This document shows positions 26,974 through 38,561 of a stretch of DNA of 64,000 bases, piece by piece (positions within the stretch are counted from its first letter, which is position 1; the number at the start of each line of letters is the position of its first letter). Both the position numbers and the translations under genes were made by a program. The notes beneath the pieces were generated by a model. It saw nothing but the letters and a program-made list of their open reading frames with translations. It was not told where the DNA came from and ran no database searches. Where the stretch lies: the NCBI RefSeq assembly GCF_006345805.1, contig NC_043002.1, positions 62,558,001-62,622,000 on the forward strand, written 5' to 3'. The stretch comes from Octopus sinensis. Taxonomy: Eukaryota.

Positions 26974-27375
26974 AAGGCGGCGAGCTGGCAGAATCGTTAG
27001 CACGCTGGACGAAATACTTAGCGGTATTTCGCCTGCCGTTACGTTCTGAGTTCAAATTCCGCCGAGGTCGACTTTGCCTTTCATCCTTTCGAGGTCGATA
27101 AATTAAGTACCAGTTACGCACTGGAGTCGAAATATTCGACTTAATCCGTTTGTCTGTCCTTGTTTGTCTCCTCTGTGTTTAGCCCCTTGTGGGTAGTAAA
27201 GAAATAGGTATTTCGTCCGTCTTTACATTCTGAGTTCAAATGCTACCGAGGTCAGCTTTGGCTCTCAATGTTTCGGAGCCGATGAAATGATTGCTAGTCA
27301 AGTACAGGGATCAATGTAATTGACTAGCCCCTTAACCCTACCCACTACCCACAAATTTCAGGCTTTGCGCCAGTA
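26974..27375 (+). mobile_element. SINE family B, full length, plus a partial second unit
   Basis: aaggcggcgagctggcagaatcgttagcacgc ... gtgtttagccccttgtgggtagtaaagaaataggtatttcg, then a restarted B-box unit. Confidence 0.9.
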
Positions 27376-27552
27376 GTAAAATCGTAATCTCATGCAAGAT
27401 TCTACTGCGCCACCCTATCAACCTGTGCCTTCTATATCATGTTCTTATATTTCTGGCTATTGGGAGAGTACAGACTCTTTTTTTAGCTGTGTACAATATG
27501 AGATCTTTTTTTTTCTTTTTGCTTTATTATTGGTTTAGTTTGCTTTTATTTA

Positions 27553-27903
27553 TTGACAAGTAATATTCGTAACCACTTTAACATGACTGTCCGTTCGAGC
27601 GGATTCTACTCCGATTTTTTAACCCCAAGAGGACATCACTTCTAACTAAAGCTAGCTGCTATCATCTCTAGCAGATGAGGTATCCAGTACTGAGGAGTGG
27701 CAAAAATAGCCTGAAACCAGGACTGATCTACTGGTACCGTCGCTAGAAAATGGTAGGTGTTCGCTCCCTCGATCGTAATTTTATCGGATGCAGCTGTACA
27801 TCGTTAACCAGCTAGAGGAGATGTTTCTTGGGATTAAACAATCGCAGTAGAGTCCATTCGAACAGACAGCCATCTTAAAGTGGCTATGAATATTACTTGT
27901 CGG
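27553..27903. mobile_element. MITE with ~90-bp imperfect TIRs and a probable TA target site
   Basis: gacaagtaatattcgtaaccactttaacatgactgtccgttcgagcggattctactccg.. from 27555 versus the reverse complement of ..cgcagtagagtccattcgaacagacagccatcttaaagtggctatgaatattacttgtc ending at 27901. TA lies at 27551-52 and 27904-05. Confidence 0.75.
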
Positions 27904-27964
27904 TACGACTAATGCTTTGATCCCTTAGAGAGATTTTAGAACGAGCATTTTTTGCCTATTGGCC

Positions 27965-28132
27965 TATAGGCGCAGGAGTGGCTGTGTGGTAAGAAGCTTG
28001 CTTACGAACCACATGGTTCCGGGTTCAGTCCCACTCCGTGGAACCTTGGGCAAGTGTCTTGTACTATAGCCTCGGGTCGACCAAAGCCTTGTGAGTGGAT
28101 TTGGTAGACGGAAACTGAAAAGAAGTCCGTTG

Positions 28133-28163
<31 letters not shown>

Positions 28164-28412
28164 TATATATGTAAATATGTACGTGTGTATATATGTTTGT
28201 GTCTGTGTTTGTCCCCCCAATATCGCTTGACAACCGATGCTGGTGTTTTTACGTCCCCGTAACTTAGCGGTTCGGCAAAAGACACCGATAGAATAAGTAC
28301 TATGCTTACAAAGAATAAGTCCTGGAGCCAATTTGCTCTACTAAAGGCGGTGCTCCAGTATGGCCGCAGTCAAATGACTGAAACAAGTAAAAGAGTAAAA
28401 GAGTAAAAGAGT
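27965..28412 (+). mobile_element. SINE family A, full length and low divergence
   Basis: tataggcgcaggagtggctgtgtgg ... with a tandem (AAAGAGT)-type tail. Confidence 0.95.
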
Positions 28413-28546
28413 ATTGTTTTTCATTATATTCTTGTTTGTTCTGTTGCTTATAAAATAATCGTCTCTATGTATCTGTGAGTGAAGCAAATTTTATTTGATT
28501 TTGTTTTCCGTAGAAACAGTGTAATATATCGTACAAGCTATACTAC

Positions 28547-28910
28547 TAGTTTATTTCGTTTTGCGTGTAATGTGCTTCATTTTCCACATAACCTGAAACT
28601 TCTACAGTATTTCCTTTTGCGTGTCATTATTTCCATTCATCGCTTAAGCCTCAGCTCTCACCGTAAATGACCAACTGATCGGAGATGGGATCAGGCCATA
28701 TACCTGCTATCCAAACAACTTCTTTATTAGTTCATTTCGTTTCCGTGCAATGTGTTTCATTTCTGACATAACCTGAAACTGCTACAACATTTCGTTTTAC
28801 GTGTCATTCAATGCCATTTATTTCGTTTAACCCACAACTCGCAAGGTCAATGACATATTGAGTGGAGATGGAGACGGACCAAGTACCTGTTATCCAAACA
28901 AATTCCTTAA
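28547..28910. repeat. Diverged tandem dimer with a ~182-bp period
   Basis: tagtttatttcgttttgcgtgtaatgtgcttcattttccacataacctgaaact.. (28547) versus tagttcatttcgtttccgtgcaatgtgtttcatttctgacataacctgaaact.. (28728). Both units end in tacctg(c/t)tatccaaaca. Confidence 0.8.
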
Positions 28911-29864
28911 GAAGCAGATGACTCAAAAAAATAAACAAAAATAAACGAAGCAAATATTCCATTTTGTTTGGTAATCATCAATAAAAGAATCTAGATTTCG
29001 TAGCTCGAGTAATTTTTGAGATACCAGAGTAGAATCAAGTAACTAATCAATCATGAGAACAAACAGACGTCGACAGTGAGACGACATGTTTTCGCTGCTT
29101 AAATATGTTACGTGTGAGTAATATTGAGAGCAATGCGTAAGAGTAATTGTCGATAAGATTCCGCATTTGTTGCTTAATTAACTGTTTTCATTTCAGATTA
29201 AAAGCTTTAATATTTGAAGAGTGTTTCAGATAGCTGAAGCTGATAAATGTGTATGCATTCTATTGGAATAACTCTACTTTTTTTTTTTTACAAAAAAGAA
29301 CTGTCATTTGGATTATGTATTATATGGACCGGGATAAAATATTTATCTGATATTTCGATATAAAAGAAGGGAACAAGTTCAGGTTAGAAAAGCAACTAGT
29401 TCACTTAAATGGACAGCAAGAACACTTTGGTTCTGAGCAGGATTCAACCAGCACTACAGTTTGAAACGGATAAAATTTTAAACTTGAACTTATTTTGGAA
29501 ATGTTTTCTGGGAACTTCTACCAAGTTGATAAGAAAATACATCGTAATTCTGTACTATTTTAATTGGAAACAGTATGTGAAAGACAAAGTGTATGTGTGT
29601 GTGTGAAGAAATTTTTGTTATTTGGTTTACTAGGGCACAGGGCAGCCACCTTTTACACCAATGGTTCCCAACTATTTTTTCCTTATGGATCTCTTTGATT
29701 CCTGTTTTACACGAGTGTTTAAAAAATTCGATGATATTTTTATAATTAAATATTATGAAAAATTGTATGCAAAATTTCTTAAGATATTTAGTGTATTGCA
29801 CAGGTTTAACAAATTTACAAAGGTAAAGACCCCCTTAGGACATGAATCACCAATGGATTACACA

Positions 29865-30074
29865 TAAAAAGTTCCCCCTCTGAGGCACAAGTCCGGGCTA
29901 GGTTGTCTATGGAAGACCACCAGTCATCCATGCATACCATCCTCCCCTCAACTAATTTCTACAGCTGAGTGAACTGGAGCAACGTGAAATGAAGTTTCTT
30001 GTTCAAGAACACAACACGCAGCCCGGTTAGGGAATCGGGCTGAGTGTTGTGTTCTTGAGCAAGACACTTTATTT
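29865..30074. mobile_element. CORE-like SINE fragment with a 39-bp fold-back inversion
   Basis: Arms at 29987-30025 and 30036-30074 (4 mismatches, 10-nt spacer), containing gtgttgtgttcttgagcaagacacttt. Confidence 0.7.
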
Positions 30075-30104
30075 ATAACTCTCTCTGAAAAGAATTTCTA
30101 CAGC

Positions 30105-31150
30105 TTAAGAACTGTCAAAGATACGTATATTTGTATATAAGGCAGTCCCGACTCCATTAACCAGCGTTGTTACCGTGCTAGTTGTATCATAAGTATTTCT
30201 ACTACTGCAAATTGGTCGTAGTTGGTGTTTATCAATGCGGTTTACAACTTCTTGGTTGGTATTAAGATGCAAATGTTCGCTAGATCCAGTAGGTAGTTTA
30301 TTGAAATATTGCCGGATTTTGCTATTGTTTATGCGATGCATAAGCTGCCCTAAATTAGCGGAGTCGGCGTAGGTTACCTTCACGATGTGTTGTTAGGCTT
30401 ATTTGATCGAGTGTGTTGTACAGGATTGGAACAAGCAGTTAAATATGTCAAGTGTGTCTATGAGCCTTCGTTGGCAGTTCATCGATATGACCAATTCTTG
30501 GATCAAGTGGCCTGTATTCTTTATGTGAGTGAGTTTTCAAACGGTAACGTTGTGGTGGTATGCGATGTGCATCGCAGTTGGAGGAATTACTAGTGTTGTG
30601 TATGCCTGCTTCTTGTATATACTGGATTTCTTCACGGTACCCAGCCCTAGCTAGAGCAGCATTATAATAAGATGCATGAGATTCGAAAATGTTATTCTTT
30701 GCAGATAATCTAGAGATTCTTGTAGAAATATTAACTAGTCCCCGTATAATCGAGGGTAGGTGATTGGATGCTACGTTAATGTACTTAATATGATCATTTG
30801 GCTTATGAAATGGTTCAATAATCCAGTATCAAGATAGAAGGTAGCGTCAAGAAAATTTACTCTGCGATAATCTTTACCTATAGTAATATTTAGTTCTAAA
30901 TTTTTGAAAAGTCTAAAGAAATTTTTCCTATACCTCTCTGACTGTACTTTACTACATCTGTCTAGAAAAAAATAAGGCGTCATCCCTATATAGACACCCG
31001 GTTACTTCCGTAAAGGAAGACTGGATTAATGAAAGGATATTTATTCCGACTAGGTCACTGGCCTGAGCAGAATCGTGTGAGCCCATTGCTATATCAAATT
31101 CATTCTCCCTATCTAATCTATTATTATTATTTAATCGAAGACCACGCACC
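30105..31150 (-). pseudogene. Penelope-like element (PLE) reverse transcriptase, thumb and linker, frameshifted
   Basis: FDIAMGSHDSAQASDLVG..GCLYRDD, VNFLDATF, INVASNHLPSII..YNAALARAGYREEIQY and KVTYADSANLGQLM..CSSRN occur in collinear PLE order. Confidence 0.85.
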
Positions 31151-31321
31151 CATTTCCAAGAAAGTATATAAATACAAGGTGTGTTTTCTTCAATTTTATT
31201 TTAAGAAAACACATTTTTTATTATTATTATATGGTCAGTCTACCCCCACCCGCTTTGTTTTGGAGAGGGGGGCACACAAATTTATGAATGTATTTTTCTT
31301 TTGAAATTGATGTTGTTGTTT

Positions 31322-31603
31322 GTTTCTTCTCGAGCCATGCCTGGCTCATAAGGGCCGGTTTCCTGGTTTCATTGGTGTATAGCTTCCTCACCAGGACGAG
31401 ACGTCGGTCCGTCTCAAATGTGCAGCTAGATGCAGGAGGAGAGAGTGCGAGAAAGTTGCGGCGAAAGAGTCAGCAGAAGTTCGCCGTTACTTTCTGCCGG
31501 AGCAGCGTTGAGCGTATATGTTTCGCTCATAATCACACACATCACCTGGTCTGAGATTCGAACCCGTGATCCCTCGACCGCGAGTTCACTGCTCTAACCA
31601 CTG
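31322..31603 (-). mobile_element. SINE family C, tail type 3 (RTE-like tail), 5' end clipped
   Basis: The reverse-complement head is cagtggttagagcagtgaactcgcggtcgagggatcacGGGTTCGAATCtcagacc. The core is homologous to the other family C copies, and the tail is ..ggaaaccggcccttatgagccaggcatggctcgag. Confidence 0.75.
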
Positions 31604-31884
31604 AAATTGTTATTAATTTCAATATTTTTCAAAGCAACAAGCATATCGAAAACTTCTAAAATACAATCATGATTTGTGTGCCGCATTTCCTGATGTTACC
31701 CAGAGGAAAACAATTTCATACTTCCAAAGTTACCAATCAATCAATCAAAAGAATGGAGGTCATTGAAAGATTGAAAGTTGATTATCTTGTACTCGTTGCT
31801 TGTGTAAATCTACTTAAAAAGGAAATCGTATATGATAGCAACGGAAAGATGCATCAACTTCCAATAAAACCTAACTATGCACGT

Positions 31885-31907
31885 ATGTATGTATGTATGT
31901 ATGTATG

Positions 31908-31974
<67 letters not shown>

Positions 31975-32119
31975 CATATGTATGTATGTATATGTATGCA
32001 TATGTATGTATGTATATGTATGCATATGTATGTATATATATGTATAATATATGTATATATATATGTATATATATATGTATATATATGTATGTATATATAT
32101 ATATATATATGTAGTATGT

Positions 32120-32151
<32 letters not shown>

Positions 32152-32163
32152 TATATATGTATG

Positions 32164-32194
<31 letters not shown>

Positions 32195-32212
32195 GTATAT
32201 ATATTATATATA

Positions 32213-32273
<61 letters not shown>

Positions 32274-32811
32274 ATATATGTATATATATATACTTAAGTA
32301 ATCATTAGATCGTATCTAAGCAGAAAAAGTTTTTAAAAGGAAAATAAACACCTGTAAAACACGACCGTTTCGATGTTATCTTTCGGTCGGTAGCACTGGT
32401 AGCACTGGGCGTCAAATTGTACACTTCCGGTTTGACATGATGCTATATCAATAAGTATATATAAATAAAGCAATATGTACTATATAAACTAATTCAAAAG
32501 ATCATTTAAACAGCAGGTCTGATATTTTAGCGAAATGTCGTAAAGAAAACAAATACTATCTAAAAATCTATAACAGGGTCACTGAATATGATCGATTTGC
32601 TAATCGCAAGCAGCAATACCGGAAGTTTTAGGTTATACTTTATATTTACCATCTGCTTTAACCAGAAACGTTCATTAATTGTTCATATCGAAAAATTTCT
32701 CTGTTGACGTATATTTAGATGATTGTCACCGAGCTGTACTCGATACACACACACACTCACACACACACACACACACACACACGCGCGCGCGTGCGCAAGC
32801 ACACACGCAAG

Positions 32812-32886
<75 letters not shown>

Positions 32887-33140
32887 GGTGTGTATAACAA
32901 AAAGTAAAAAGCCTTAAACCATGTGTATATTTTCAATATTATATGAAGAATTATTGTGTATGTGCGTGGGCAAGTGTATATATGTACATGCATGCATGCA
33001 TACATATACATACATACATGCACGCACATACACGGACACACATAAATGCATGTATATATATACATATATATATGTGTGTGTGTGTGTATATTTATGTATA
33101 CATATATATTCTACATGCGTATATGGATGCATGCATATAT
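31885..33140. repeat. (TA)n/(TATG)n/(CA)n microsatellite blocks
   Basis: Direct inspection. A non-simple insert lies at ~32295-32745. Confidence 0.85.
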
Positions 33141-33309
33141 ACACGTATCGTATGTTATCTATTTCTATCCAATGTATTTCTTTGCTGATGATATACAAAG
33201 AACTTTAGTGATGAACTGAAAAGGAATACTTTTTTTCTCTTTGTATGGTTCATATTGGTCATTAGTAGCTTTATGGCAGGTACACGTTTCCATCGTTTGT
33301 TGCAGGTAA

Positions 33310-33724
33310 CATATACACGCAAATACAATGGTTGACATCAAAACTAGAATAGCAAGTCAGGAAAGCAGGTATGGGAATCAGTGTAGAGAAGACAGAAACA
33401 GTGAGAATAACAAATCCTGATAAACAACAACAAAAATAAAGATCGATCAACAAAATATCGATACAATAGATTCGGGTAACGTTGTCAGTAATAATGGTGT
33501 CATGAAGACTCGTGTCAGCCATAGAATCGGTAAAGGCGCTACCGTATCCCAAAGAATGTGTGATATCTGACCCTCCAGTCGGCCTATGCACAAAGATCTG
33601 ACTAAAAAAAATACATAGTTCTACCAACAGTCCTTTATGCCAGAGATGCATGGGAGAGCACCGTCAGAATCGATAGAGAGTTAGATGAGTTACAAAAACG
33701 TTTGAAAAATATCCTGAGAATATA
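33310..33724 (+). mobile_element. RTE-clade LINE fragment, upstream part (RT C-terminus)
   Basis: QVRKAGMGISVEKTE..SGNVVSNNG..HRIGKG..IVLPTVLYARDAW..LDELQKRLKNILRI, with stops and frameshifts. Confidence 0.75.
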
Positions 33725-33957
33725 TATTTCTTTATTGCTCACAAGGGGCTAAATATTGAGGGGACAAACAAGGACAGACAAAGGGATTAAGTTGATTACA
33801 TCGACTCCAGCGTATAACTAGTACTTTAGTTATCGACCCCGAAAGGATGAAAGGCAAAGTCGACCTCGGCGGAATTTGAACTCAGAACATAACGGCAGAC
33901 GAAATACCGCTAAGCATTTCGCCCGGCGCGCTAACTCTTCTGCCAGCTCGCCACCTT
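33725..33957 (-). mobile_element. SINE family B, full length, inserted in the RTE
   Basis: Near-consensus family B copy from tail (tatttctttattgctcacaagggg) to head (tgccagctcgccacctt). Confidence 0.95.
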
Positions 33958-33960
33958 ATT

Positions 33961-34137
33961 CTTTGAACCGACTGACCCGTGCTCGACCGCCGTTAACACG
34001 GAACCTTTCTCCACTTCGGTCTTCGAAGGTCTCGTTCGAATATTTGCTACTACCACCGAGATCTGCACCCGCAGTCAGCTTCACCCGGGCTCGCGCCCGC
34101 GGCTTCCATGCATGCCTCGGCGCCCTCCTATTCGACC
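33961..34137 (-). pseudogene. 28S (LSU) rRNA fragment, ~177 bp
   Basis: The reverse complement reads cgaataggaggg..gcgagcccgggtgaagc..gggtgcagatctcggtggtagtagcaaatattcgaacgagaccttcgaagaccgaagtggagaaaggttcc..gggtcagtcgg. This matches the conserved eukaryotic LSU core GCAGATCTTGGTGGTAGTAGCAAATATTC. Confidence 0.92.
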
Positions 34138-34148
34138 GGGATTCTGAG

Positions 34149-34440
34149 ATTCTGAGAATATACTGGCTTAACCACATAATTATTGAGGACATTCTGAAGA
34201 GACCTAGCACAAGATCACTGAGCGAAATTCTCACAGTGTGACGATTAAAATTAGCTGGTCACATACTCCGGCTACCAGAACAATGCCGTTTATAACAGCT
34301 TTAAAATAACTACCACCGGGGGCGGGGGGAAGAAAGAGACGAAGCCCGAAATCTGTATGGCGCTGAATATTCATAACGAACATAAGAAAAACCAATATCA
34401 CAATGGTGAATGCTGAGAAAACTGCCGCAAACGGAAATGA
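34149..34440 (+). mobile_element. RTE-clade LINE fragment, downstream part
   Basis: ILRIYWLNHIIIEDILKRPSTRSLSEILTV*RLKLAGHILRLP resumes exactly where the upstream part stops. Confidence 0.75.
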
Positions 34441-34656
34441 GTATATGTGTATGTGTGCATGTCTGTGTATGTTTATGTGAGTGCTTTTGTATGTCTGTAC
34501 GCGTATTGAGAAGTGGTTAAATGTTTCTGTACAAGCTACATAAACAAACAACAACAAAAATGCATGAAAACGCACAATAAGGTTAAAACAATTGTTAGAA
34601 AGAATGACTCGAGTATATGGTACTAATGAGCTGAAAAAAGTTGCATAATATCGATA

Positions 34657-34802
34657 TCTGTTTCTTTACTACCCACAAGGGGCCACACACAGAGGGGACA
34701 AACAAGAACAGACAAACGGATTAACTCGATTACATCGACCCCAGTGCGTAACTGGTACTTAATTTTATCGACCCCGAAAGGATGAAAGGCAAAGTCGACC
34801 TC
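34657..34802 (-). mobile_element. SINE family B, 5'-truncated
   Basis: tttctttactacccacaagggg..gatgaaaggcaaagtcgacct. Confidence 0.85.
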
Positions 34803-35139
34803 TGTTTTTTGGGGGGTTTTTTGTTGTTTTTTTTTTTATAGCTAAGTGTCCGAAGACACTGGATAAGACACATAATATCGATATCTGTTGCCCTTGATCA
34901 CATCTGGGGAGATTCATTTCGCCTGGTTTTGTGATTTTACTGTGTTTTTAACGCTATGTCTTTGAAGGGTCTTTCTTTGGACAGAAAATATATGCATTTC
35001 ATTCAGATACATTAAATCTTTTTAATACAACACATCTGTTTTTAACTTCTAATTTTACAAAAAAAGATTAGAATTGTTTTAACTTTATGATTGATCATTT
35101 CATATATCTATATCTATCTATCTATCTATCTATCTATCG

Positions 35140-35268
<129 letters not shown>

Positions 35269-35840
35269 AATGAGGCTTTTACATGCCGAAGGCTACTTGG
35301 TGTAATTGATAATTATTCCAAATTAATTAATTTCACCCTTCATTATTACGGATAACCATATTTTATCTCAGTAGATGACCACAGCATCTTGTTTTGGCTA
35401 CACGCGGGTGGGAAGGGGCTGGTGACACAATCTTTTCATTCACGCATTGATTTGGTGATACTAGTTGCGGATTCTAGCTCGCTCTGATACTGAGTTGAGT
35501 TGGTGCCTTCTAGTATCTCAAAATTCAATATATAATCATTTATGATTATAGTATTCTACGCTGAAGAGAAAAGAAGTTTTTGGTAAGATAGAATTATTTA
35601 ATATTTAATTCTTATGCTTTCCTAAAAACTTGATTTCGAAACGTACGTCCGTAGATAACTTAAAATTGTATGATAGATTGCCGTCAATTCATTCTCTCTT
35701 ACCTGTTTGTGTCTGCCTTCCAATTGCTGTTTTTACTGAGATCTCCCTTTTTAGTAGAAGAAATAGCTATAACTCTTTGACTGCTATTTCTAAATTCGGT
35801 ATGTGGTAAGGCAATTCGTTGCTAAACCCTTTATTGCTTA

Positions 35841-35900
<60 letters not shown>

Positions 35901-35990
35901 TCACACACGTATTTAGGGTAAAATCATTATAAACGATTTATCTATGGTCAGCGTACTCATACTAAAAATACCATAATGGTTAATTTATAT

Positions 35991-36267
35991 TAAAATTATA
36001 ATAAGGGTGTTGAAAGATTACAACACCATTCTGCTAGAAATAGACCCCAAATGGTCTATGAACCACTTAGATTACTACTCCACTACAGAAGGTTGTAAGC
36101 GAGGAAAATAGACAGCGGGGATTTATAAAATAATTTGGATAGTACCAATACTATAAATTTCATGGTTTGAGTTAATAAAAACCCTTTCCGATCATCAGTA
36201 GAAATATACTTCATTCGGGTCTGTTTCTACCAGACTGGTGTTGCAATCATTGAACACCCTTATTATA

Positions 36268-36273
<6 letters not shown>
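35991..36273. mobile_element. 283-bp unit with 38-bp terminal inverted repeats adjoining (TA)n
   Basis: taaaattataataagggtgttgaaagattacaacacca (35991-36028) versus the reverse complement of 36236-36273, with 4 mismatches. Confidence 0.7.
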
Positions 36274-36346
<73 letters not shown>

Positions 36347-37561
36347 TGTATGTATATGTATATATGCATAAATATATATATATATATATGCATATATATA
36401 TATATAAACATATATACATTATGTATATATACATATATATATATATACATACATATATACATATATGTATATATATATGCATATATATATATATACACAT
36501 ATACATATATGTATATATATATATATACACACATACATATATATATACATACATATATGTGTGTGTGTATATACGTATATATATATATATACATACACAC
36601 ACATACACACAAACAAATACACACACGCACACTCACACACACACAACCAGTGTAAACAAGAAATTGTTATGAATAGTCTCAAAGTTTCTATATTCGCCGA
36701 GGCTATTTTATTTAAACATTACACACGAACACAGAACAGAAATTTCTATTTTCACCGCCTTCTTTACATTACCGAAGACAGCGTTGGGAAAGACGCACAA
36801 CGTTTTGCTTTCGACGTAAGTCATTCCCGCTCATGTAAATACCAAGCTGTAGGAAGTCGATAAATATCAACGAACCCCAGGGTAGCATCGCTGATAATGA
36901 GTCAGAAAAGGATAGCGACATGAATAAAAACTATGAATTCTGGAGATACGATCAGTAAGTGTTGTTATCTTAGCTAGGATGTCCAAAATGTTATTTGTAT
37001 ATTAACTTCTATCGTCAGCGGATGATTTTTTTTTAGGTGAGGCGGTAATAATTATGATGTTTTTGCAAATAAGCACTTGTTGAAAACAAATGTAATATTG
37101 TCTTGATCTCTTGATCGTTGAAAAGGGTTTGCAATAAACAAACTTCTCCATTTTCTGACACTAAATACTGACTAAATCCTCTTGTTCCTTTTCCTGGTAG
37201 CTTATGCTTTTGAAAAATAATCTAAGTGATGATTATCTTCTGGGTATTATTGCCGCGTGTTTAAGAAGAACAATTTCCAGCAATATGAATTCTGGTTTAG
37301 TTGCGCTCCATGGTACCTTAGCAAATGTCTTCTATTATACCTCCATGCATTGTGAGCGAATTTGGTTGATAGAAACTGTGTGAAAACCCGTCGAATATAT
37401 GTATGTATGTGTATCTTTGAGAGTGTATATGCCCCCAACACCTCCATCATTCGACAACCGATGCTGGTTTGTTTACTTTCCCGTAACTGTGCAGCTTCGA
37501 TAGAAGAAACCAGCACAATAAGACTTTAAAAAGAAAAATTAAAACTGGAGTTGATTTACAT

Positions 37562-37697
37562 CATTTAGATTTGGTGGATATTTGTCCTCACCTTGTTTAT
37601 TGTTAACACGTTTCGGCTTATATACCCTCCCGCCTTCATCAGGTGTCTTGGGGAAATTTCGAACATGGGTTCTCATTCCTAGGATATTTTTTCGATG
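37562..37697 (-). mobile_element. Hammerhead-SINE family H1, headless body
   Basis: The reverse complement reads ..aagacacCTGATGAAGGCGGGAGGGTATATAAGCCGAAAC-GTGTTaac.., with a 3-nt deletion at the cleavage triplet. Confidence 0.85.
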
Positions 37698-37714
37698 TTG
37701 TTGTTGTTGTTGTT

Positions 37715-38055
37715 GAGTTCAAATTCCGCCGATGTCGACTTTGCCTTCCATCCTTTCGGGGTCGATGAATTAAGTACCAGTTACGCACTGGGGTCGATAT
37801 AATCGACTTAATCCGTTTGTCTGTCCTTGTATGTCTCCTCTGTGTTTAGCTCTTTGTGGGTCGTAAAGAAATAGATATTTCGTCTGCCGCTGCGTTGTGA
37901 GTTTAAATTCCGCCGAGGTCGACTTTGCCTTTCATCCTTTCGGGATCGATTAAATAATTACCAGTTACGCATTGGGGTAGATGTAATCGACTTAATCCCT
38001 TTGTCTGTCCTTGTTTGTCCACACTATGTTTAGCCACTTGTGGGTAATAAATAAA
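37715..38055 (+). mobile_element. Two tandem SINE B units
   Basis: gagttcaaattccgccga..gtcgactttgcc occurs twice (~37715 and ~37900), each with the family B tail. Confidence 0.9.
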
Positions 38056-38064
38056 TAGCATCTC

Positions 38065-38520
38065 TTTTTTTATCCTGACACTTACAAATTTGAAAAAGGT
38101 CATCATACATAGTAGTTAAAGAAAAAACCGAAAGTGTAGGTAAAATACCATAATATTTAATCACTACTCTTTTGTGAAGCAGCATAAAACTTTATCCCAG
38201 CAATAAAGGTTTATAAGAATCATCCATTGTTGAAAAGCTGATAGCATTATTATAGTAAATATTACTGTTAAGAGTAACATCACAAATAGTAAACCTCTAA
38301 TTAGTTTCTTGTGTGGAAGAGACCATAGTAATTATAAAAGTAGATTTAATAGGCAATCTCATATTAATGGCAAACGAAGTATGAATAAAAATTGTCTGTA
38401 CTTCCAGAATTAATTAAAGTGTCAACGTCTTTGTTATTTATTGTTGTCGTAACAATTGACTTTTCAGCAGAATCTGGAACAGCTGCGAATGTTTTTAAAA
38501 TGGTACTTGATGACTTACAA
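38065..38520 (-). pseudogene. Ty3/Gypsy-type LTR retrotransposon aspartic protease region, decayed
   Basis: AAVPDSAEKSIVTTTINNKDVDTLINSGSTDNF, then after a frameshift FIHTSFA..LLLG*SFMLLHKRVVIKYYGILPTL. This follows the Gypsy LIDSGSTxxFIH..ILGxDF..HxxV layout. Confidence 0.75.
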
Positions 38521-38561
38521 CGGCTACTCTTTTTGTTGTTGTTGTTGTTGTTGTTGTTGTT

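Noticed and set aside
36853-36954. 102-nt open candidate exon ending in gtaagt
   Set aside because: Weak acceptor, no homology recognised, and no partner exons.
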